Source: Geosiphon pyriformis uo1 (Eukaryota > Fungi > Glomeromycota). From it: a stretch of DNA of 64,000 nt. The stretch covers positions 1 to 64,000 of the forward strand of contig JAAOMT010000419.1 of assembly GCA_016748015.1 (NCBI GenBank), written 5' to 3'. Position 1 is the stretch's first letter. Each line of letters opens with the position of its first letter. Shown one piece after another: positions 55,299 through 64,000 of this stretch. Both the position numbers and the translations under genes were made by a program. The notes under the pieces were generated by a model. The model was given only the letters and a program-made list of their open reading frames with translations, did not search any database and was not told the DNA's origin.

Positions 55299-56733
55299 TT
55301 TTTTTTTTTTTATTATTATTTAACGAGTGAGGTCCAAACACTACCTAGTATAATACATCATACTAGTGATCTAAACTAGGCGTGAATCATGCTTTTTCTA
55401 CACATGACCAGCCACTCAGACTAGTCAGAACAACACTAGGCATCTATACGCACCGAGACCAAGTTACCTACATCTGAAAAGAATAAACTAGATTTACGAA
55501 ACCCAAAACTAATACCAAGTGCATCAGCAATACTCAACAATTTAACCACACCAGACGAGAGCACTAAAGGAAAACCAGAAACTGAGATAGGAATGGAGCC
55601 ATCACACAGGATCAAGCCACCTTTCTCCATAACAGCTTTGTGTTTTGCACATACCAGCCAAATATCATCATGGAATACAAGACTAAATTCGCAAACAAAT
55701 GCCACAATATTTTGAGCCACTGTTTTAGAGTCCTTGAAAACAGAAAGAAATTCATGATACCACTCATTGAAAACAAAGCCCTTACATATAGCCGTACTAA
55801 CAACAGCATCAGAAGTGCAAGCAGAAAGCAACTGTAAAACACATAAAGTTGAGTGAGATAAACCTGAGCATGTTTCCCAAACAGATGCATGAGCGTTCAT
55901 CAACCAAGCACAATCACCAGTATTGAATGGGCATAAAAACACATGATCTGAAATTTCAACATTGCCACAGAACAAACACATCACATTGGGGTACCCCTTA
56001 TTATAAAGTTGCTTTCGCACAGCAACAGGAAGACAATAATGCAACGCCTTCATAAAATATGTCCGAGATCCAGCAGTATGAGCATTAGTGAAACCAGTGG
56101 CCAAATGAGAGTCTGGATGCCACACCGAACATGACCTGAACCAATCAACATCAGCACGTAGGCTGTCTACCAATACCCAAGAACCAGAACCAACCTCTCA
56201 ATATGCATGATGAATAGAGTAGAAAACACCATGAACAAAATGCCTAGAATTACCAGAAACCACAGTACCGCCAGCCTTAAGAAAATGTTCATCGATTCTG
56301 TAAGGAAGATGCACACCAGAAGATGCAGCAGCCCTAGCCAAAGTGTCAGCATGTTTATTGCCCAAGACTCCAGAGTGACCTCTAACTTTAATCCAATTAA
56401 CATCCAAATTTTTGCAACAAATGACATTAGAAATATGGCAGCGTTTGACCCAACACTGATTCCTGAAATCTGGATGCTCCAACAATAACTCTGACCTGCA
56501 TCCATCCAAAGTGGTCTGGCTGTCTGAAAACAGATTAACTGAACGAGAAGGAGGGACACACTTGAGAGCCAAAGCAATGGCCTGCAGCTCTGTCATGGTA
56601 GAAGAAACCAAACCAGAAACTTCCACACCCAAACCCAAATCAATGTCCTCAAAAAAACCAGCAGTGCCAGCCCTCATACCAAGAGTACCCAGCCCACACA
56701 GAGAATTATCCGTAAACAGAGAAAGGTGATCAG
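55299..56733 (-). mobile_element. LINE C, 3' part (RNase H, Zn finger, 3' UTR), interrupted by Gypsy-2
   Basis: LFTDNSL..TELQAI..FSDSQ..KVRGHSG..NKHAD and CLFCGNVEISDHVFLC; stop at 55436; 3' UTR and A-tail at 55299-55435. Confidence 0.9.
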
Positions 56734-57709
56734 TATTACCAGAGGTTTTTGGTCTCTTTTCTGTAATGTTGTTGATACTTATTTGCTGTGAATTCATGTT
56801 TTCTGGATGTGGTTGAACCTCCAATAACTGAATTTATCTTCAAATTATCTCCTATAATTTGAACTGCTGGGCTTATAAGTGGAATGGCCAATTCTTTGCC
56901 AGTTACTTTATGTAGTTACATTGTAGTAAACGACAACTCTTTCCCAGGAATTGTTCATCTGGAAGCTCACTAAAAATGTGTAGTTACTTTGCTGTGAAAG
57001 TCAACTCTTCTACAGGAATCTTGTCTATAGGCTATCTTAATGATTGTAATAAGAAAAGAAAAGGAAAATAAAAAAAATGTAAAAGAAATAGAATTTTGTC
57101 AAAACGTTTTCTATCCAGGCCTGGAGTCACTAACAGTTTACTGAAATTGGTAGCTAATCAATTTCGAAATGTTAGTTGGGTTTTGGGGATTTTCTAAGTA
57201 CAATAACTAAGGAATTTGGTTTTTTGAATTATTTGATATTTATTTCTTTTTTGTGTGTATAGGAACAGTTTTAAGAGATAAATCTAAAGTAAGATACATT
57301 TTCTCGAAGAGAGAAGCTTTTCTTTTATACAACTTGTTGTAACACTATTCTATGAACTTGAACTTTGCTATTTTCTACAATTTCACTGAACTAAAGATAC
57401 ATTTCGGCGAACTACAAGTTATTTCGGCAAACTATTAAATATTTCGGTGAACTATCAATTATTTCGGCAAATTTCTACAAATTTCAGCGAACTTCTGAAT
57501 GTTATATAGTTTGGGGTATTGCATGATTGATCATCGCAATTAGGTTACATTTGTGTTGTGTGCAATTTGAGTTATTAATTAAATGATAATTTCGGACATT
57601 TTTGCTAATGTAATAAGTGATCATTTGAAATGATAATATATGCTAATTAATGATAGGAATTATAAGATAATTTCATGCTAAATAATATCTCTAATTTCAT
57701 CTGGTAACA
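56734..57709 (-). repeat. Gypsy-2 3' LTR (~976 bp)
   Basis: Starts TGTTACCAG right after PPT GAGGAGGAGGTTA and ends CTGGTAATA (CA>TA) at the LINE C junction. The partner LTR is not in the window. Confidence 0.85.
57401..57500. repeat. Five 20-bp tandem repeats in the Gypsy-2 LTR
   Basis: Core ATTTCGGCGAACT at exact 20-bp spacing. Confidence 0.9.
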
Positions 57710-57714
57710 TAACC

Positions 57715-58688
57715 TCCTCCTCAAGACTGAGCTCCGTCGAAGTCCAAGTACTGTCTGTTATTTCCAGATAATAATTCAAAATTATTGAAGAAATTTGGTC
57801 TGAAAATTGTTGAAATTTCAGTTCTGTGAGCTTTCCAATATATTGAATCTTCAAAAGTTGAAAAATTGGGTTTTGCAGTATGTTTTCACAGGTGTGGAAT
57901 AGGTTATAAAGTCTAAAAGCAGCTCTGAGCTTGTAGCGACTGTTTGTTGGTCCAGCTGTTGTTTTGAATTCGTTGTGGAGTTGTTTTTAGATAGCTTTTT
58001 TTGTGAAGTTTGCTGTTGTAAGTTCCAGTTTCCATTTGTAGAGTGTTTTTTCAATGTAGAAATATCTATAGATTGAAGGATATTCAGTGTTTTCCTCCTT
58101 GAGACACAATTGAAGTCTTTGTTGACTTGTAGCATTTGGTGGAATACTAATTGGAGTGAGCATTAGGTTTTCTCTTAAAGCAAGCTTTAAAAGTTCTGGC
58201 AGGTGAATTTCAGTGTAACTTCTTGTGTTTTTCTTATACGGTTGATATTTTTGTGAATTTGGGGCTACATTTGTAACTACTTCTGTTTGGGTATAATTAA
58301 TGTGGTTTCTAGTAACAGTAATGGATAATTCGGATATTGTTTTTAAAGCTAACATTAGTTTTTGGGATAATTGTTGAATGTTTTNNNNNNNNNNNNNNNN
58401 NNNNAGTCTTTGTTGACTTGTAGCATTTGGTGGAATACTAATTGGAGTGAGCATTAGGTTTTCTCTTAAAGCAAGCTTTAAAAGTTCTGGCAGGTGAATT
58501 TCAGTGTAACTTCTTGTGTTTTTCTTATACGGTTGATATTTTTGTGAATTTGGGGCTACATTTGTAACTACTTCTGTTTGGGTATAATTAATGTGGTTTC
58601 TAGTAACAGTAATGGATAATTCGGATATTGTTTTTAAAGCTAACATTAGTTTTTGGGATAATTGTTGAATGTTTTGAGGAATAGTCAT
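57715..58688 (-). pseudogene. Gypsy-2 extra 3' ORF (ORF3), unknown function
   Basis: MTIPQNIQQLSQKL...YRYFYIEK...AAFRLYNLF...YIGKLTELKFQQF. One TAA; length inflated by the gap duplication. Confidence 0.65.
58114..58675. other. Scaffolding artefact: identical 271-bp copies either side of a 20-N gap
   Basis: 58114-58384 matches 58405-58675; N at 58385-58404. Confidence 0.9.
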
Positions 58689-61600
58689 TATAAGCAATTG
58701 AAAAAACTAAAAAATTATTTTTGGCATATGGGTTTTTATGTTATTTTTGTTTTGTTTTTGTGAGATTGTTTTCTAAATTATAAGAGAATAACTAGTAAAA
58801 TTAAATTAAGTGTTCAGATTGGAAGGTTGTTCAATAACAACTATTGGTTCTAAGTTTCGAGAAATATCTTTGAGACTGACCAAAGAGGAATGTGTACCAA
58901 TTTGTGGAATTAATGGTTCAGGATTGTTTCTGGAATGATAGTGTTTTAAATAATCTCCATGTGCAACTTTTGCTAGGATTTTGTCATCAAGTCTTAGCTT
59001 GTATGATCTGTTGCCTAAAACTTCATGAATAAAGAATGGTCCATCCCATTTATTTTCAAATTTTCCACTCCATTGTTTTTCAGCTTTAGTTCTGTGTAAA
59101 AAAACTTTGTTTCCAATTTTAAATTCATTAGTGACTGAAGGCAATTTGTTATCATGTTGTTCTTTTTGTTGAGCTTGGGAGTGTTCAATATGAGTGGCTG
59201 CTATTCGTCATTTTTTTTTCAATGTGCTAAGCAGAGTGTAGGCTCTTCACTGAAGCGTTTCTTGGAAATTGTTTTCATCAATCGGTTGTGCTGAGTATGT
59301 TTCTACTGTGAAACTAATTGGTAACATTGCCATTCTTCCATAAGTTAAATCAAATGGTATGTGTTTCATGATATCTTGTTTTAATGTCCTATATGCTAGT
59401 AACACTGATGGAATAAAGAGATCTCATTCTTGCTTGAAATCGGTTGAGACTTTGGCTAATGACTCACACAATGTTTTGTTAAAACGTTCCACAAGTCTGT
59501 TTGTTTGTGGATGGTAGAGCAAAGACAAAGGTCTTTTGACATTGAATCGTTTGCAAATTTTTTGTATCAGATTGTTCACAAATTGTGTTCCCTGATCGGA
59601 TAAAAGTTCAATTGGACATTCGTGTCTACAAATAATGTCTTCGTAGATGAAATTTGCTACTGATTTCGCATCTGCTCGTTAAATGGCTCTGACTTCAGGC
59701 CATTTAGTAAGATAGTCTACAGCTACTGCAATATAACAGTTTCCTTGAGTGGTAATAGATAGTGGTCTGACTAAATCGATACCAACTCTGTCAAAAGACT
59801 GTCCAACTTTGATTGGATTTAAAGATTCTGTAGGGCAAGTTCCTCCTCTTCTTTGACAACTATCACAAGATTCGACATATTTGTGAATGTCTTTTCTCAT
59901 TTGAGGCCAAAAGTAGTATTCTAGTGTTTTTTGAGTGGTGATATCTTTTCCGAAGTGTGCTGATGAAGGATCCAAATGCATGTTGTATAAAATGGTCTCT
60001 TTTTCCAGTTCTTGTATTAATCTGAGTGGTTTGGTTGGGTTTTTGAAATTTCGATGATAGATAATGTTGTTGTGTAGAAAATATTGTTTGGCTTGTTGTT
60101 GTAACTGATGTTTTTCATCTGGGGACCAATCTGTTGGGATTGTTAATGTCTCCAAATATTGTTTGAGATTGTTGTAGTTTTCGGAGTTCATTGTTTGTTG
60201 TTTTGATGCTGTTAATTTAAATGGGTGTTGGTTTTGTTTTCTAATCTTGCCTCATTTGTGAAAGACAATCAATGTTGGTGTGGAGTTTTTCTAGTTTGTG
60301 GTGTACAATGTATTGGTAATTAGCTAAAAATCCTGTCCATCAGGTTTGTTTTGCGTTCAGCTGGGTGTTTTTGTTTTGAAGCCATTTAAGTCCAATATTA
60401 TCAATGATAATATCGAATTCTTTGGGTCTGAGGTAAAAGTTGAAGTGATGTAGGGTCCAGATTACTGTTGCGGTTTCTAATTCTGTTATGGGATAGTTCT
60501 TTTCGGCTGGCTTTAATGTTCTACTAGCATAAGCAATTACTCACTCATTTCCATTGTTATCTAACTGTGATAAGATGGCACCAAAGACAGTATAAGAGGC
60601 GTCAGTTGCTAACTGGAATCAGTTGCTGAAATCTGGGTAGGCGAGAATTGGAGCTGTTGTGAGTTTTTCCTTAAGTATCTTAAAGGCATTTTGGTGTTCT
60701 TCTGTCCATTTGTATTTGATATTTTTAGTAGTGAGCTGGTTGAGGGGTTTTGCAATTTCTGAGAATCCTTTGATGAATTTTTGGTAATAGGATGCTAATC
60801 CAATAAATCCTCTTAATTCTGTGGTATTTTGTGGAGTCTTGAAGTTCTTGACAGTATTGATTTTTCTGGGGTCTGGTTTAATTCCATCTTTGCTAACAAT
60901 GTGACCAAGAAAAGCTAAACTTGTTTTTCTAAAGTAGCATTTTTCAATGTTCAGTTTCAATCCTGCTTTTCATAATCGTTGAAAAACTTCTCGCAGGTGA
61001 ATTAAATATAGCTCGAAAGATGGTGAATAAACATCAGTGTCATCAAGATAAACTACTACTGATTTCCAAAGGAGGCCTTTGTAAACAACATCCATGAGTC
61101 TTTGGAATGTTGCTGGTGTATTGCATAATCCGAAAGGCATTACATTGAACTTGTAATTTCCTCCTTGAGTGGTGAATGCTGTTTTGGGGTGGTCTTTGGG
61201 ATTCATAGCAACTTGCCAGTATTCACTCTCTAAATCTAATGTCGAAAAGTATTTGGACTTTCCAAGAGCATCCAATATGTCATCAATTCGGAGAAGAGGG
61301 TAGGCATCCCCAATGGTGACATTGTTGAGTTGTTGGTAATTAACACAAAATCGTATTTTTCCATTTTTCTTTTTAACTAGAACCACAAGTAAGGCCCATG
61401 GGCTCATTGATGGTTGAATAAACCCATTGTTAAGCATCCATTGTACTTTTTCTTGGATAAATTGGTGACTTTCTGGAGCAACTTGGTAGGCTTGTTGTTG
61501 TCTGGGTTTGGCATCTCCTATATAGATTTGGTGTTGAACCAAATCAGTTCTTCCTAAGTCATTGTTGTTTTCGGCGAAGATATCAGCAAATTTTGCAATT

Positions 61601-62079
61601 AGTTCTTTGAGCTGGATCTGTTGTTGTAGTTCAAGTTGTCCCATGTTGATTCGAGATAGTTTTTCTATGACAACATGGTAGTTTTCAGAGCTAGGGTTTG
61701 GGTTGATTTTTGGTAGTGAATGTTCAATAATTTCAGGAAAATCGGGGACTGTTTGGGGTAATTTTTGTTGAAATATATTACTGTAAATAACTCCAATTTC
61801 TAAATTATTTAATAAAATTATGGGGTAATTATTGGGGTTGTAAAAAGTAACTCGGACTTTCTTTGTTCCTTCTAGAATATAAATGTTTGGGATTGAAATA
61901 TTATGTTCCAAGCAGACTTGTTCATTGGACTCAAAAATTTGTTGTGTGGTTGTTGGCTTTGTGCAAGTGTAGATTTCTGGATGTTCTCCAAAGGGTGAGA
62001 TGGTAATCAGTTGTGGAAGTCTGAAAATCTGGTGGAATTTGTTCTGTATGTTAAGAGCTATATTAATTGGAACTGTGAA

Positions 62080-62520
62080 TCGTCCAGTTGAACCAAAACC
62101 TTGAGTTCCTCTATTGCTCTTTCCTAATTGCTCTTTTTGATTGACTAGTTGCAAACCTGAAATGTTGATTAGGGGTAGGTAGATAGCTTGGGCAATTTTT
62201 TTAGCATGTTCAATCTTGAATGGTTTGTCAGTTTCATTTTGAAGCATCACTGTTATGTCTCCAATATATCCAGCATCGATTATTCCTCCTCTGACATTGA
62301 TTTTCTTGCTTGCCAGAGAGGACTGGGAGGCAATTTGAACTATTGCTCCTGGTGGAATTTTGAGTGCAATTTTGAGGTTAATTTTTGTGAGAGATTTGGG
62401 TTTGAGAACAAGAGTATCCTTGTCTGGATATCTTAGATCATATCCAGCATCAATTTCGTGTGCTTTTTCAGGTTTTATTCCTTGTCCGTTGTTGTTGAAG
62501 TATTTAAGTTGTAAGGCAGG
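62080..62520 (-). pseudogene. Retroelement-encoded dUTPase domain (Gypsy-2)
   Basis: All five dUTPase motifs are present: AGYDL, ASQSSL (RSS>QSS), GIIDAGYIG, IAQAI, RGTQGFGSTG. Confidence 0.93.
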
Positions 62521-64000
62521 CTGATTTTCAATAAGGTAGATGGATGTTGTTTCAATTTCTTCTGTTTCTTCAGGTTCTCCAAATTCAATTTTATTCTCAT
62601 CATTTTCGCTGGGCAAAGAAATACTAAGAGCATAACATTCAGAACATCATTGTTCATCACAAGGCATAATGCATTCTTCACATAGCCTAATGTTCATTTG
62701 CTCTAATCATTAAATTTAAGCTTCTTGGGTCGGGTAGATGTGACTTGCAATTTGGTGATAGACTTCTATTTCATCTTTGTAATCGAATCCAGCTAATTCC
62801 ATAGTGTATTCAATGTATTCTGCTTCTTTCATTTGACAAACATCTTCTTTGGTAGCTCCATTAATTAATGCCATTGCTAAGTCGAAAATCATCTCAGCAT
62901 CATGAGAGTAGTGATAAAGTTTGTTGAGAGCACTGTTGTATGCTGCATTAAAGGGTGTTCCTCTTTTTACTTTTTCTGAAATTGATAAAGCATATTGGCA
63001 GGTCTGATCGCAGACGCCTCCTCTTATTGCTACATTAATCCAATTGCATTCTTCCGGTAGTATATCTCCACAAGTTAAACAAGGGGTGTTGTTCCATTTT
63101 CCGCTCCTTTTTATTAGATGGCCCCATCACTCTCTGTGGTAAGCCTTACAGTAATAACAAGTATGATTCTCATATTCTTCTTCAGATGAAATGCAGGCTC
63201 CCATTAATGATAGTTTCTTGTGGCAGTCCTTATATTTAAGGGGAATATAGGGGCGTTGTTTCCTTGGTTCGGGTTTTGAGTAAGGTATATTCCATCCAAA
63301 GGTTTCGGGTTTAGTGTGTGGGGTAAAATGTTCTTGTTCTGTTTCATCGGCCCAGTTGGACGTTGATCCAAGAGCCATAAATGTTTTGATTATTGGTTTT
63401 TTTTCTTCTGGTTCAAATTCAAAAGCCGGGGCTTTTTCAGAGCATTTGTTGAATGTACCACAAATGGCAGGTACCCAGACGTGTTATCCTTGGTAGGAGA
63501 TTGTTAACTCTTGTGTTTCCCAATTCAGATTAGCATTGGCTTTTTAAAACCAATCATTTCCGACAAGAGCTTGGTACTGGGGTGTGTCTATTACAAAAAC
63601 TTTGACTGGAATGATGATTCCATCAAGAGTAAATGGAAAATTGTCAATTTCTCCTACTGGGGTCTTTTTCATGCTATCGGCAGTGACGATTACTGTTTGA
63701 GCTGGTCAGTCGACATTTCTTTTCAACTGTTGCATTAACTGGTAGGTAATAATGCTTCCAGCAGATCCACTGTCTAAGATCAAGCGAATTGGCTTTCCTT
63801 CTACTTCAGCTTCTGTGTACATTGCAGTGATGGCTTTTTGCTCATTAGCCACTGCATTGCTAAGCAAGAATGGTGATTCATTTGCTTCAAATTCAAAAGG
63901 AAAGATATCAGAGAGATTGGCATTTTCAGCAATTCAGGCTGGTGGAATAGTGGTGTGGTTATGAGAAGAGTTTCGTTGTTGTTGTACTGCAGCTCTACCT

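Larger units (their letters stand above)
56734..64000 (-). mobile_element. Gypsy-2: Ty3/Gypsy LTR retrotransposon with dUTPase (5' part outside window)
   Basis: Protease LILDSG (~63775), Cys-rich region 62610-63250, dUTPase 62080-62520, RT YLDD (~61045), RNase H, integrase 59330-60000, ORF3, PPT 57710-57722 and 3' LTR. Confidence 0.95.

Noticed and set aside
56198-56824. 208-aa standalone RNase H gene
   Set aside because: Chance in-frame fusion of ~30 LTR codons to the LINE C RNase H, starting at TTG.
57401-57500. CRISPR-like repeat array
   Set aside because: The period is only 20 bp with 7-bp linkers, it lies inside a eukaryotic LTR, and there are no cas genes.
58114-58675. Internal repeat in the ORF3 protein
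   Set aside because: The copies are identical and flank a 20-N gap, which indicates a scaffolding overlap.
42289-62436. Numerous short antisense ORFs over LINE and Gypsy coding regions
   Set aside because: Shadow frames of the real retroelement ORFs.

Overview
AT-rich, intron-containing eukaryotic DNA. It looks like an early-diverging fungus, most like Glomeromycotina; this is inferred from gene style and transposon content. The left third (1-22 kb) is mostly decayed genes: a duplicated kelch-like/TM block, a cytochrome P450 pseudogene, an intron-containing MULE transposase, a Tc1 fragment and a PD-(D/E)xK-like pseudogene. The only clearly intact gene is a two-exon KCTD-type BTB/POZ gene (20398-21196, minus). 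Two Tn5/Nextera adapter sequences and several N-gaps show that parts of the assembly here are artefactual. From 22 kb on the window is a nested retroelement stack in AT-degraded DNA. It holds three RNase H-bearing LINEs, all on the minus strand; two of them inserted successively at the same nucleotide, leaving three copies of one 11-bp TSD. Two divergent Ty3/Gypsy elements are each inserted in a LINE ORF2. Both Gypsy elements share an unusual layout: protease, a conserved Cys-rich unknown domain, dUTPase, RT, RNase H, integrase and an extra 3' ORF. The repeats show near-exclusive C>T/G>A hypermutation (RIP-like). A CpG-rich 30-bp-arm palindrome with four CACGTG motifs survives in the AT desert at 28.4 kb. 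All alignments, translations and counts were done by eye, and domain boundaries are approximate.
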